A stretch of DNA of 64,000 bases from Pseudomonadales bacterium. Lineage in GTDB: Bacteria; Patescibacteriota; Microgenomatia; UBA1400; PJMF01. Location: assembly GCA_020632235.1 (NCBI GenBank), contig JACKFY010000003.1:29966-93965 (forward strand). Reading direction: 5' to 3'. The notes beneath the pieces are model-generated. The model did not search any database. It was not told the origin of the DNA and saw only the letters and a program-made list of their open reading frames with translations. Numbering within the stretch: the stretch's first letter is position 1; each line of letters starts with the position of its first letter. The position numbers and the translations under genes were made by a program. Below are positions 48,359-58,790 of the stretch, piece after piece.

Positions 48359-48958
48359 ATGAGCGTTCTTCGGTCAGTGGGGTCGTTATTCCTCGATCTT
48401 ATCGAAACCATTGTGATTGGTTTATCACTTTTTTTAGTGGTGTACCTTTTTTTTGTGCAACCCCATCAGGTAAATGGTCAGTCGATGGTGCCCAACTTTC
48501 AAAATGGTGAGTATGTCTTGACTGACAAAATTAGCTATAAATTTAATGATCCACAGCGGGGAGATGTGATTGTTTTTCACGCGCCAGAGGCTGCCCACTG
48601 CCCCACAGGTACAGGGTGTGACTTTATTAAGCGCATTATTGCCATACCAGGCGAAACAGTCAGCGTGCATGATAATGCTATCTATGTGAACAACCAGAAG
48701 CTCGATGAGAGTACTTACATTCCTAGTGAGTACCCCATTGAGGCTGGGTTGTTTACTCGCGGGCGTGAGGTTACTCTTGGAGCAAATGAGTACTTTGCTC
48801 TTGGTGATAATAGACCGTATTCAAGTGACTCAAGAGCCTGGGGGCCAGTGCCTCGCTCGGCTATTGTTGGTAAGGCCTTTTTTAAGTATTGGCCGAGTGG
48901 TGTTATTGGTCCTGTCAAGCATGCTGAGTATAACGGTACCTTTACTGCTGTAGAATAA
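48359..48958 (+). CDS. lepB: Signal peptidase I
   Basis: NGQSMVPNF holds the catalytic Ser box, followed by GDNRPYSSDSRAWGPVP. Confidence 0.8.
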   Translation: MSVLRSVGSLFLDLIETIVIGLSLFLVVYLFFVQPHQVNGQSMVPNFQNGEYVLTDKISYKFNDPQRGDVIVFHAPEAAHCPTGTGCDFIKRIIAIPGETVSVHDNAIYVNNQKLDESTYIPSEYPIEAGLFTRGREVTLGANEYFALGDNRPYSSDSRAWGPVPRSAIVGKAFFKYWPSGVIGPVKHAEYNGTFTAVE

Positions 48959-49695
48959 TGAGAGTCGTCGATCCACTCAAACTTATTTCGCTCAACATCG
49001 AGGGAAGCAAGCATCTTGATCGCATCATTCCGTTTTTACAAAGCGAGCGGCCAGACGTGATCTGCTTACAAGAAGTCTTCGAGAAAGATTTGGTGGAGTT
49101 TTCTACTCAGCTTGCAATGGAGTGTGTGTTTGCCCCATATGGAAAGGTGACTACCCCCAATCGCTATAACATACCAAACAATGGTCCTTGGGGTGTGGCG
49201 TTACTAACCAAGAAGACTCCAGATACTGTGGAAACCCACTACTACAAAGGAGCAGGTGATATGCCAGAATTTAGCACGCCAACCTCTGTTGACAGAGTAC
49301 TTTTAACAGTCCAAATTTCTCATCAAGGGTGCGCGTACCCCATAGCTACGACGCACTTTACTTGGTCATCTGGAGGAGAACCAAGTGAGGAGCAGCGTCA
49401 AGACCTGGATGCTCTTCTTTCATGCCTTGAACAGTACCCCGACTTGGTGCTGTGTGGAGACCTGAATGCCCCGAGGGGTGGTGAGATTTTTGATATGTTT
49501 TTGCAGCAGTTTCATGACTATCTGCCTTCAGAAATAACTACAACTATAGACAAAGACCTGCATTATGCAGGTGATCTACAGCTTGTCGTTGACGCACTGC
49601 TCTGCAAAGGTACCTACTCTGCCCAGAATGTACGGGTGGTGGGAGGAATGAGTGACCACATGGCTGTGGTGGGAGAGATTGCTCCTACTTTATAA
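48958..49695 (+). CDS. Endonuclease/exonuclease/phosphatase (EEP) family protein
   Basis: LISLNIEGS and VICLQEV are N-terminal EEP motifs. The C-terminal SDHMAV is also EEP-like. Confidence 0.65.
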   Translation: MRVVDPLKLISLNIEGSKHLDRIIPFLQSERPDVICLQEVFEKDLVEFSTQLAMECVFAPYGKVTTPNRYNIPNNGPWGVALLTKKTPDTVETHYYKGAGDMPEFSTPTSVDRVLLTVQISHQGCAYPIATTHFTWSSGGEPSEEQRQDLDALLSCLEQYPDLVLCGDLNAPRGGEIFDMFLQQFHDYLPSEITTTIDKDLHYAGDLQLVVDALLCKGTYSAQNVRVVGGMSDHMAVVGEIAPTL

Positions 49696-49837
49696 TACTT
49701 TTTTCGTGAAATACGTCATAATTTTTGTGAAATTAGCTATTTTTTCCGTATATATCTGAGTGCAAGTACAAACAATAAACATACAAAACCAAAGATTGCA
49801 AGGAATGGTGCCTGACTCGCATCAAATGGAAAAGTTA

Positions 49838-50674
49838 TCATAATTTACTCCCCAACCCCATAATTACGTCTAAATCTCGCTGTGTAGTTTCAAGGTCCCC
49901 TTTGAGGGTAATAGTAATTTTAGTGGCGCGTGCTGACCGGCTGACCCTGACGTTTGAGTGTGCTTTGAGTAAACCATCGAGCTTTGTTTTCCACTGTTTG
50001 AGTGCTTGGTCATCCACCTGCAGCACCTTGGGGCCTGCAATGCGCCTCGGTTCACCCTCCTCTCTTTGGTCAAGGTAGCTACGCACCGCTTGCTCGGTAT
50101 CGCGCACAGTCAGGTTTTCTGCCAAGACTGTCTTAAATACCGCGATCATATCAGATGTTGTATGTAAGCCCAGGAGTGCTCTGGCATGTCCCTCGGTAAT
50201 CTGGCCAGACACCAGGCCATCGGTGACGGCGTCAGGTAGCTCCAGTAGCCTCAGGGAGTTGCTCACATACGAGCTTGATTTACTCACTTTCTTTGCGATC
50301 TCGCCCACGCTGTAGCCAAAGTCACGCTTCAGCTGCTGGAAGGCTTTCGCCCGCTCAACAGCACTCAGGTCTATGCGTTGGACGTTCTCGATGATGGCCA
50401 GCTCGAGCATTTCTTTGCGAGTAGTTTTGCGCAGTACAACGGGCACCTCGGTGAGTCCTGCCATCTGGGCGGCTCGCCAACGACGCTCACCGGCTACAAT
50501 TTGATGGCCGGCCGGTGTCTGGGCAACAACGATAGGCTCTAGGATGCCGTACTGCTTGATGGAGTCGGCTAGCTCGGCGATATCTTCTTTCTCGATGTAG
50601 CTGCGAGGTTGGTAAGGGTTGGGCTGTAGTGTTTCTACTGCCAGTAACTGGATTGAGAGCTTAGCGTCAGACAT
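49838..50674 (-). CDS. parB: Chromosome partitioning protein ParB/Spo0J
   Basis: LQPNPYQPR and VAGERRWRAAQMAGLTEVPVVLR are the ParB box. Confidence 0.85.
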   Translation of the reverse strand: MSDAKLSIQLLAVETLQPNPYQPRSYIEKEDIAELADSIKQYGILEPIVVAQTPAGHQIVAGERRWRAAQMAGLTEVPVVLRKTTRKEMLELAIIENVQRIDLSAVERAKAFQQLKRDFGYSVGEIAKKVSKSSSYVSNSLRLLELPDAVTDGLVSGQITEGHARALLGLHTTSDMIAVFKTVLAENLTVRDTEQAVRSYLDQREEGEPRRIAGPKVLQVDDQALKQWKTKLDGLLKAHSNVRVSRSARATKITITLKGDLETTQRDLDVIMGLGSKL

Positions 50675-50736
50675 ACCATTGGTATACCACAGTACTGCTT
50701 AGAGTGATAGTAGAACACGCGTTTCAAAGAGGGAAG

Positions 50737-50997
50737 TTAGTTGGCAGCAACTACACTGACGGTGGTTTTGCCGTGGCGTTTGCCAAACTGTACGGTGCCA
50801 TCTTGCATAGCAAAAATAGTGTGGTCTTTACCCATACCAACACCTGCTGCTGGCCTATATACAGAGCCGCGTTGGCGCACGATGATCTGCCCTACCGCAA
50901 CCGCCTGACCACCAGACTTTTTGAGCCCTAGGCGTTTGCCGTGACGCTTTCCCTGGGCGTGTTGGGCGACTTTTCCTGATGCTTTGACTTTTGACAT
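50737..50997 (-). CDS. rpmA: 50S ribosomal protein L27
   Basis: [44 protein letters not shown]. Confidence 0.9.
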   Translation of the reverse strand: MSKVKASGKVAQHAQGKRHGKRLGLKKSGGQAVAVGQIIVRQRGSVYRPAAGVGMGKDHTIFAMQDGTVQFGKRHGKTTVSVVAAN

Positions 50998-51009
50998 AGT
51001 AGATGTGTG

Positions 51010-52182
51010 CTATTTTCTATACTCGAATTGCCGTATCTCTCGTTGTACCGCTGCATTTTTTCTAGAGTACAGCAGCGGCTTAGACAGTGAAGTGTACCCA
51101 AATGTCTCGAGTTTGTCAATCAGACTGTGGAGGTTGTAGGTGCGTTGTTTCTTTTTAAAACGTATGGTGGTGTTAGGAAAAATAATGACCACCCGAGCCC
51201 CATCTTGCAGAATGGTGCGCCAGTGTTTGAATGCACCCAGATAGAGTCGTTCAAGACCCGTGAAGATATGCTCGACCTGTGAAGGTCGAGGGGTTTGTTT
51301 CCCCAAGAATGGCTCGGTGACGATAGTAGAGATACTGTTTGGCTCTAGAGGTACTGGTTGGGTGGCATCGTGCTCAAAAACATGAGCAACGGGCGAGCTT
51401 TCAAAGTGTGTGGCAAACCAGCCGATGTTGCTGTTGGTGCCAACTACTGCCTGGGAGTCTTGGTCTGAGCCGTATATGCTCGTCATGCCCACTTGGAGTG
51501 CTTCAAGCAGTACCGTGCCAGTGCCGCAAAATGGATCGTACACATTGGTGGTGTCTGGAATATCAGTCAGTACAGCGGGTCCCAGTGCAAGATTGACCAT
51601 CATCCGAGCTACCTTTGGTGGCAGCATGCCTTTTTTCCTGTTCGCATAGGGTTTTTTTCTGTCTACCGCGCTCCACTCGTCAATGTTTTGCACCGCAACT
51701 GTTTTTGCAATTATTGTTTCTTGATCAGTTGTAATGATCAGTATTTCTTGCACCTGTTTTTGATGAAGTAGTACCGAGGCTGAGAGTCCTGTGCGCGAAC
51801 CGGTAACATAGCGAGCGGTCTTTCCTTTTTCAATAAGTGTTTGTTTGATGGTTTGGACAGGAAACTTAGGCACATGATCTCGGCCAAGCTCTGCTATTGA
51901 AAACACAACTTTGTGCGTATCTTGAGAAAGTAGAGTGTTGAGCACTGACTTAGTGATGTCTTCAACTCCCGCGTTTTGTGATAGGGTTGTTTCATGGCGC
52001 AGTATCTTGATTGTGCCTCCCAGTAGTGATTGGAGCTCTTGCGCCGAGCGAGTGGTGATTATCTTACAGAAATGGAGGTTAATCTGTGTAATGCTGCAGT
52101 CTGCATCGGCAGAAAGCACCCGAGTAATCTCGGCAATGGAAAGATCTGGTGTGTTGCCCAACTGAGCGTAGAGTGTATTCAT
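51010..52182 (-). CDS. RNA (guanine-N2) methyltransferase, Trm11/RlmL-like
   Basis: PPKVARMMVNLALG...DPFCGTGTVLLEA are motifs X and I of N2-G RNA methyltransferases. The likely start is M17. The track ORF runs to 52230. Confidence 0.6.
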   Translation of the reverse strand: MNTLYAQLGNTPDLSIAEITRVLSADADCSITQINLHFCKIITTRSAQELQSLLGGTIKILRHETTLSQNAGVEDITKSVLNTLLSQDTHKVVFSIAELGRDHVPKFPVQTIKQTLIEKGKTARYVTGSRTGLSASVLLHQKQVQEILIITTDQETIIAKTVAVQNIDEWSAVDRKKPYANRKKGMLPPKVARMMVNLALGPAVLTDIPDTTNVYDPFCGTGTVLLEALQVGMTSIYGSDQDSQAVVGTNSNIGWFATHFESSPVAHVFEHDATQPVPLEPNSISTIVTEPFLGKQTPRPSQVEHIFTGLERLYLGAFKHWRTILQDGARVVIIFPNTTIRFKKKQRTYNLHSLIDKLETFGYTSLSKPLLYSRKNAAVQREIRQFEYRK

Positions 52183-52239
52183 AACTTTGGATGCAAGACG
52201 CGAGTATGTACCAAAGGTGGCAACACACAAAAAAGAAAG

Positions 52240-52566
52240 TTACTTTGTCGCAATACTCTGCACAGTAAAGGTAGTTTGTGGCTGTCTATGGCCGTATACT
52301 TTGCGGTAGCGTGACTTTGACTTGTACTTGAGTACTCTGATTTTTTTACCCTTCCCGTGACCATCAACAGCAAGGGTAACGCTGGCTCCCGCTACTACTG
52401 GTGTGCCAACACTACCTGCGGTTTTTTTCTCATCATCACCAACAAACAAAACATCGGTTACTTTGAGTGTTTTTTTCTCACCTGTATCAACAGTGTTGGT
52501 AACGAGCGTGTCTCCAGCCCGAACGGTATACTGCTTTCCAGCAAGTTGAATAATAGCGTACTGCAT
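52240..52566 (-). CDS. rplU: 50S ribosomal protein L21
   Basis: MQYAIIQLAGKQYTVRAGDTL... Confidence 0.9.
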   Translation of the reverse strand: MQYAIIQLAGKQYTVRAGDTLVTNTVDTGEKKTLKVTDVLFVGDDEKKTAGSVGTPVVAGASVTLAVDGHGKGKKIRVLKYKSKSRYRKVYGHRQPQTTFTVQSIATK

Positions 52567-52590
52567 AGAGCGAGTAGTATATCATAGACT

Positions 52591-53676
52591 TTAGGCAATG
52601 TGGAGCGACTGCTTGTGAAGAGTATTTCTGGTAGTTGCATGAACGACCCCCAACAGGATGCAGAGGGCAATCAGAGAACTCCCTCCAGCAGAGAGAAAGG
52701 GAAGGGTGAGCCCGGCAATGGGAATAAGCCCTATGTTCATGCTGATATTAACACCAGCTTGAAACAAGATAAGCGCCCCTGTGGTAAGCGCGATGAGTGA
52801 GGGGTCTGTCTCTTGATGGTAAAAAAAGAGATAAAAGCAGTACCCTATTAGCAATGCGTACATAGACACGACCAACAGTGCCCCTATAAATCCATACTCC
52901 TCGGCAATAGCAGAAAAAATAAAGTCAGTTTGGCGCTCTGGTAAAAACTTTAGGTGTGACTGCCCGCCCTCCCCTACCCCCGTCCCCGCCACCCCCCCCG
53001 CGCCGATAGCAATGAGTGCTTGTTGGGCATTGTAGTGGCGTTCTGTTTCCTGTGAGCTTCCTGCGACAAATGAGTAGACACGCTCTTTTTGGTACTCACG
53101 CAAAACAAACACCCATGACAAGACGCTGGATATAAGTAAGATAGAAATGAGCCAGGTGGTTTGTTTTGCGGTAATGCCCCGTGCCCAGATAGTGACGCCG
53201 AGCGTCATTGCAAAGACAATAGTGGTGTCCAGATCAGGCTCGATCATAATTAGTGCTGTTGGAAGAGCTACCAGCGCAAGTGTGACAAGTAGATGCTTCC
53301 ATTTTTTGAGTGAGTGAGTGCGGGTATACCAAATAACTACTAGCATCGTGCATAGCACAGCAAACTGTGATGGCTGGAACACAGCAACGTCCCCGATAGC
53401 AATCCAGCGGGTAGTGCCGCGAGTGGTGGAGGCAAGAAGGAGTGTAGCAACCAGTGAGCCTACTACTCCCAACCACAAAAATGGGCTGTAGCGTAACAAC
53501 ATGTTTGTTGGTATGCGTTGGACTATAAAAAATACAGCAAAACCCACTGCATAAAAAACCGCCTGGCGAAAGGCAAGTGCTTCGTCAATCCCCATCAAAG
53601 TACTCAAACTGAGTAAGGCAAATAGAGCCAAGAGGGCGGGTAAAAACCATCGATGCATGAGACTAGTATAGCGCAC
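52591..53676 (-). CDS. SEDS family protein (RodA/FtsW-type)
   Basis: About 10 transmembrane helices and the C-terminal GLTLPFLSAGGSSL motif. Confidence 0.8.
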   Translation of the reverse strand: MRYTSLMHRWFLPALLALFALLSLSTLMGIDEALAFRQAVFYAVGFAVFFIVQRIPTNMLLRYSPFLWLGVVGSLVATLLLASTTRGTTRWIAIGDVAVFQPSQFAVLCTMLVVIWYTRTHSLKKWKHLLVTLALVALPTALIMIEPDLDTTIVFAMTLGVTIWARGITAKQTTWLISILLISSVLSWVFVLREYQKERVYSFVAGSSQETERHYNAQQALIAIGAGGVAGTGVGEGGQSHLKFLPERQTDFIFSAIAEEYGFIGALLVVSMYALLIGYCFYLFFYHQETDPSLIALTTGALILFQAGVNISMNIGLIPIAGLTLPFLSAGGSSLIALCILLGVVHATTRNTLHKQSLHIA

Positions 53677-53696
53677 CTAGATCACTACTTGATAGA

Positions 53697-56543
53697 TCAA
53701 GCGCGTATTCTGGGAGCATCTTCCAGCGATCTTTCAAGCGTTGTGCTGGTTTTTGCTTCTATCTCATGCCTCCAGTCTTCCGGCCAATCAGACAGGCTCA
53801 CAACCGCGTGTTGTCCTACACTCAAGCCCGCTTCTTTGCGTAGTTTTTGAATGCGGCGAATCAGCTCTCTGGCTTCTCCCTCAACTTTGAGTTCTGGAGT
53901 AATGCGGGTATCAAGCTGGGCAGTTGTTTTCTCACCCACTTGGTTCCAAACCACTGTCTTGATATTCACCTCTTCTTTGAGCACCTCCAAAAGCTCTGCG
54001 GACAGCCTGGGTTGTGGTGAAGAAATAATGACCTCGCCGAGTGGTTGGCGTACTTTTATACCAGCAGCACTTCGCTGTGCGTGGATAATCTCTACCAAAG
54101 AACGCAGCAGCTGCATCTCTTGCTCGAGCGTTGCGTCTAGGTAGTGCTCGCGCGTGCGCGGCCAGTCTGTATGGTGAATGCTCGTTTGATCATCAACCAA
54201 CGCGTGGTGCACCCACTCGCTAAAAAAGGGAGTAAACGGTGCAAAAAGAGTAGCAAGTGTAGTCAGTGTTGTGTAGAACACTGCCCGAGCCTCACCCTCT
54301 CCGTCGCGAATACGATCTCTGCTGCGCCTGAGATACCAGGTAGAAATTTCTGAAACAGCATCAATCAAAGCCCGACTAGCCTTGACAACGTCGTAGGAAT
54401 CAAGATGAGTGGTTACTTCCCGTGTGAGCGAAGAAAGTTTGCTGAGTATCCAACGATCCATCACGTGAAGGTTGCTTATCTCTTCTTCTTTTGTCTGTGT
54501 GTAGTCACTATCTGTATCAGCATAGAGGGTGTAGAACGCCACCATGTTGTACCAAATCAAAAACACGCGCTTTCGCAAATCGGCCACATCACTTTCTTGA
54601 AAACTCAAGTTTTCACCCTTCATCACTGGTGAGCTCATCAGATAGAGGCGCAAGCTGTCAGCTCCGTATTGGCGTACTACCACCATGGGGTCGGGGTAGT
54701 TTTTCTTTGATTTGCTCATTTTTTGCCCGTCGCTGCCCAAGATGTTACCTGTGGTGACCACATTTTGAAAGGCAATAGCATTAAACACTCCCACACTCAT
54801 CACATGCATGGTGTAAAACCACGCCCTGGTCTGGGCAATGTACTCTGAGACAAACTGCGCAGGGTAGGTAGCGTCAAACTCTTTTTTGTTGGCAAAAGGA
54901 TAGTGTCTGGAGGCAAACGGCATCGAGCCCGACTCCACCCAGCAGTCAAACACTTCTGGTACACGCTCCCCTTTGATTGTTTTTTTGTCATCTACCCAGA
55001 CTGCAATAGGATCAACAAACTCACGGTGAATGTCGGTGAGATCAGCAACTTGACTTGGTTCAACAGCCCATTTTTGCAGCTCTTCCAAAGAACCAATGAC
55101 TCGCCTGTACTCGCCATCACTACTACACCAAATAGGCATGGGTGTACCCCAGTAGCGTGAACGCGAAATATTCCAGTCTGGTGCTGCCGCAACCCCCTTG
55201 CCAAATCGACCGTACTTCAAGTGTTCAGGAAACCAATTGATTTCTTCGTTTGTTTCAAGCATTCTCTCTTTGAGGTGCTGCACATCGATAAACCACGCAG
55301 GCTCCGCACTGTAGTAGAGCGGCGTTGAGCAGCGATAGCAATAGGGGTACGAGTGAGTAATTTTTTCTAGGAAAAACACTGCTCCTCTAGTTTCAAGATC
55401 TTCAATAATGCGCTTCTCTGCTAATTTATAAAATGCATGCGGGGCAACCGATACCCACTCAAAAAATTTGCCTTCAGAGTCGAGAGTTGGTATGAGTGGT
55501 AAATCGTAGGTTTTAGAAAGGGTAAAGTCATCCTCGCCGTACATGACGGCTGTGTGCACGATGCCAGTGCCGTCTTCTAGACTCACAAAATCAGCTGGTA
55601 ACACACTCCAGGCGTCTGTTGTGGCGTGCTCTTCTAGATAGGTAAAGAGTGGCTGATAGCGCGTGCCCACCAGCTCTGCACCTGTTTTTGTCTTGATTAC
55701 CGTGTGCTCGCTTTCGCCGAGTATGGAGTCGAGTCTCTCTGTTGCCAGCCACACGCGAGTCTCTTTGGTATACACCAGTGAGTACTCTGCCGACTCATCA
55801 ACAGCAAGTGCTACATTACCCGGTAGCGTCCAGGGAGTCGTGGTCCATGCCACAAAGTAGGTTGGCTCTGAGGGCACGCTGCCATCTGGGTTGGCTGTTA
55901 TTTGAAAGAGTGGATAGATAGACCAGTCCTCCGTATCCTCGTAGCTATTATCCATGGCTATTTCAAAGTTTGAGAGTGGCGTAGCACAGCGCGGGCAGTA
56001 CATGACTACCTTTCTGCCTTGGTAAACCAAGTTTTTGTCATAGAGTTGCTTAAAACCCCACCAGACAGACTCCATGTAGCTGGTGTCCATTGTTTTGTAG
56101 CTACGCTCAAAGTCAACCCACCTACCCAATCGGTTGATGATCGTCTCCCATTCTTTGTCTAGCCTGAGGACTTCAGCACGACACGCCTGGTTAAATGGGG
56201 CAACCCCCATTTCTTCAATGCCCTTTTTTCCGCCCTTGATGTCCAGTTGTTGTTCGATCATGTTTTCGATAGGCAGTCCATGACAGTCCCAGCCCCAGAC
56301 ACGCTCGACACGAAAGCCCTTCATAGTTTGGTAGCGAGGGATAACATCTTTAATCGTTGAAGCCAAGAGGTGTCCGTAGTGTGGCATGCCAGTAGCAAAG
56401 GGAGGCCCGTCATAAAACACGTAGGGTTTGTCTTTGGGGCGCATCTCCACTGATGCTTCAAACGCATGGGTAGTGTTCCAAAACTGCAACACAGCTTCCT
56501 CCATTTCTGGCAAGTTTGGTTTGGCGGGTAGTTTTTTTGGCAT
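53697..56543 (-). CDS. ileS: Isoleucyl-tRNA synthetase
   Basis: PPFATGMPHYGHLL is the HIGH motif and KMSKS is present. 948 aa. Confidence 0.95.
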   Translation of the reverse strand: MPKKLPAKPNLPEMEEAVLQFWNTTHAFEASVEMRPKDKPYVFYDGPPFATGMPHYGHLLASTIKDVIPRYQTMKGFRVERVWGWDCHGLPIENMIEQQLDIKGGKKGIEEMGVAPFNQACRAEVLRLDKEWETIINRLGRWVDFERSYKTMDTSYMESVWWGFKQLYDKNLVYQGRKVVMYCPRCATPLSNFEIAMDNSYEDTEDWSIYPLFQITANPDGSVPSEPTYFVAWTTTPWTLPGNVALAVDESAEYSLVYTKETRVWLATERLDSILGESEHTVIKTKTGAELVGTRYQPLFTYLEEHATTDAWSVLPADFVSLEDGTGIVHTAVMYGEDDFTLSKTYDLPLIPTLDSEGKFFEWVSVAPHAFYKLAEKRIIEDLETRGAVFFLEKITHSYPYCYRCSTPLYYSAEPAWFIDVQHLKERMLETNEEINWFPEHLKYGRFGKGVAAAPDWNISRSRYWGTPMPIWCSSDGEYRRVIGSLEELQKWAVEPSQVADLTDIHREFVDPIAVWVDDKKTIKGERVPEVFDCWVESGSMPFASRHYPFANKKEFDATYPAQFVSEYIAQTRAWFYTMHVMSVGVFNAIAFQNVVTTGNILGSDGQKMSKSKKNYPDPMVVVRQYGADSLRLYLMSSPVMKGENLSFQESDVADLRKRVFLIWYNMVAFYTLYADTDSDYTQTKEEEISNLHVMDRWILSKLSSLTREVTTHLDSYDVVKASRALIDAVSEISTWYLRRSRDRIRDGEGEARAVFYTTLTTLATLFAPFTPFFSEWVHHALVDDQTSIHHTDWPRTREHYLDATLEQEMQLLRSLVEIIHAQRSAAGIKVRQPLGEVIISSPQPRLSAELLEVLKEEVNIKTVVWNQVGEKTTAQLDTRITPELKVEGEARELIRRIQKLRKEAGLSVGQHAVVSLSDWPEDWRHEIEAKTSTTLERSLEDAPRIRA

Positions 56544-56611
56544 TATGATATTTCTTTCTGATAGGTATTAAAAAACCTCGCCTCCTTTTTTCCTGTAAAA
56601 TAGCTGTAGTC

Positions 56612-56790
56612 GCTAAAAACACGGTCAAAAGGTAAGGACGAGGGACAACTCGTGGTACCACCTTACTTACTTCTCATTAGTCGCTGTAACGGGCGCACCC
56701 GGCAAGGTCTATTAGACCTCTAAGGCTGTTCTTCTCGCTCCTTGCCAAGAGATAGCTTGACTTAAGTGGATTGAGAGTAGTATAACACAT
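56612..56790 (-). ncRNA. T-box riboswitch leader upstream of ileS
   Basis: On the minus strand, AAGGUGGUACCACGAG (plus 56651-56664) matches the T-box core GGUGGUACC. It is followed by a terminator helix (GGUA..ACGAG/CUCGU..UACC) and a U-run. A structured Stem-I-like region lies upstream (UUGGCAAGG...CCUUGCCGG with an inner AGGUCU-AAU-AGACCU hairpin). Confidence 0.55.
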
Positions 56791-56793
56791 TTT

Positions 56794-57270
56794 TTACTGC
56801 AAGCTTTGAAGGTATCTTTCAATAGCATCAGATAGTTCTTCAAGAGTTACGTATGCTTCACCTACTTGGCATTTGTTGGGTGTAGACATAATCAAAAAAT
56901 TTTTTTGGTGGGCAAGCGCTTCCAAATATGCAAGCGTTGCTTCTGGTGACTGCAGTAGTGCTATAAGTTGCCCCACTGTAGCAACCGAGACATTACTCAA
57001 AGCAACAACATATGTCTCATGTTGCTCAACACCAGGAAGCGTAGTTTGTAGAAAAAATCTTCCACAGAAACCATCTGTGATTATAGGGGTGTTTCTATCA
57101 GGTTTTTCCCCCGCAATGATAGTATTTATCATAAGCTTATCTACAAATTGGAGGTGAGGATTGCGAATACCTTTTGTGGATGCATGTGGGTACTTCTGTT
57201 GAAATGCAGGATATTCTGGGTGCCAACTTGAAGTAATAATAATGACGGGTAGCGCAGTATCATGAAACAT
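56794..57270 (-). CDS. Hypothetical protein between ftsZ and the ileS leader
   Basis: 158 aa in normal-GC DNA. Not recognisably SepF, YlmE or DivIVA. Confidence 0.45.
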   Translation of the reverse strand: MFHDTALPVIIITSSWHPEYPAFQQKYPHASTKGIRNPHLQFVDKLMINTIIAGEKPDRNTPIITDGFCGRFFLQTTLPGVEQHETYVVALSNVSVATVGQLIALLQSPEATLAYLEALAHQKNFLIMSTPNKCQVGEAYVTLEELSDAIERYLQSLQ

Positions 57271-57447
57271 ATCGATGACAAACGCTAGCTCTTGGGCCGT
57301 AGAAGGCTGAATAAGTAAAACCTGATCTTCTTGGTCGTGTGTAAGGCTGTCATCTAAAACAAGCGGTTCTTGTGTTTGTGGCCAATATATTCAACATAGT
57401 TTTTGACAGCAGCAACCCACTGATCTTTACCACGTTGAGATGCAATA

Positions 57448-58713
57448 CTAACTCTTCTGCCGCAAAAACGCAGGGATCTCAAAGTCATCATCACCGACAA
57501 GGTCATCTTGGGCGGAGGTGTTTTGTTGCGAGCTGGTGCTGGAAAATGCATTCTGGCTAATGAATGATGACGGGGTGTCGTCGTCTCCTCCTCTCGAAAT
57601 CTGCCCCGAGGTGAGTGGTTGGGTAAAGCCTTGAGGCGCACGATCAATCTTTTCTGGCGTAGTAGGCTCTGGCTCTGGTTTTTCCCTGACTCTTGATTGT
57701 GAAGAGCGAGAGTAAGCGCCAAACATAGTGCGGGCCGAACCAGCAAAGCCCATCTGGTCTTCGTGGAAGCCTGTCGCGATCACGCTGATCTTAATCTTGT
57801 TACCCATCTCTTCATTGATGGTAGCGCCAAAGATAATGTTGGCGTCAGGATCGGCGGCGTTGGCGATGATGGTGGAGGCATCAGAGACCTCGGTCATGGT
57901 CATGTCGGGTCCACCGATGATGTTATAGAGCACGCCTTTTGCCCCATCTATTGACACCTCAAGAAGTGGAGAGGAAATAGCCATGCGGGCAGCAGTGGCT
58001 GCGCGGTTTTCGCCACTGGCCTCGCCAATGCCCATCAGGGCAGAGCCAGACTCTGTCATGATGGTTTTAACGTCAGCAAAGTCAACATTGATCAGCCCTG
58101 GTACGGTGATAAGGTCAGAGATACCTTGCACACCTTGGCCCAGTACGTTGTCGGCTAGTTTGAAGGCATCCAGGAATGCCATTTTTTTGTCCACCACGTC
58201 CATCAGGCGTTGGTTGGGGATGACGATCAAGGTATCAACCGACTCTTTGAGATTTTCAATGCCCTCTTCGGCAGACTGCATGCGGGGTACGCCCTCAAAC
58301 GCAAACGGCTTGGTCACCACCGAGACGGTGAGTGCCCCCGCCTCTTTGGCGATCTCGGCGATAATAGGTGAGGCGCCCGTGCCGGTACCACCGCCCATAC
58401 CGGCGGTGATGAACACCATGTCAGTATCAAAGAGCATGTCTTTGAGTTTCTCATGACTTTCTTCAGCTGCTGCCCGCCCCACTTCTGGATCAGCGCCAGA
58501 GCCTAGGCCTTTGGTAAAGTTACTGCCTATCTGCACTTTGGTGTCGGCTTTTGAGGTAAGTAATGCTTGAGCATCAGTGTTGATAGCGATAAACTCTACT
58601 CCCTGGATTTGGTTGGAGGCAATCATCGAGTTGACCGCATTACCCCCACCCCCCCCTACTCCGATGACCTTAATTTTTGCAAATGTGGTGTTAGTTGGTT
58701 TGACGAGTGCCAT
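57448..58713 (-). CDS. ftsZ: Cell division protein FtsZ
   Basis: [17 protein letters not shown] (tubulin signature) and a variable Pro/Ser-rich C-terminal tail. Confidence 0.95.
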   Translation of the reverse strand: MALVKPTNTTFAKIKVIGVGGGGGNAVNSMIASNQIQGVEFIAINTDAQALLTSKADTKVQIGSNFTKGLGSGADPEVGRAAAEESHEKLKDMLFDTDMVFITAGMGGGTGTGASPIIAEIAKEAGALTVSVVTKPFAFEGVPRMQSAEEGIENLKESVDTLIVIPNQRLMDVVDKKMAFLDAFKLADNVLGQGVQGISDLITVPGLINVDFADVKTIMTESGSALMGIGEASGENRAATAARMAISSPLLEVSIDGAKGVLYNIIGGPDMTMTEVSDASTIIANAADPDANIIFGATINEEMGNKIKISVIATGFHEDQMGFAGSARTMFGAYSRSSQSRVREKPEPEPTTPEKIDRAPQGFTQPLTSGQISRGGDDDTPSSFISQNAFSSTSSQQNTSAQDDLVGDDDFEIPAFLRQKS

Positions 58714-58790
58714 AGAGATCTTTACTAGTTCAGACTATATCGTTACTTATCGTGTAATTTATGTGGTTTGTCAAGACGTGAAATAGGTGG

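Noticed and set aside
56590-56790. A minus-strand tRNA or SRP RNA upstream of ileS, suggested by the GGTGGTACC string
   Set aside because: No cloverleaf can be drawn. The GGUGGUACC core with a following terminator is better explained as a T-box leader.
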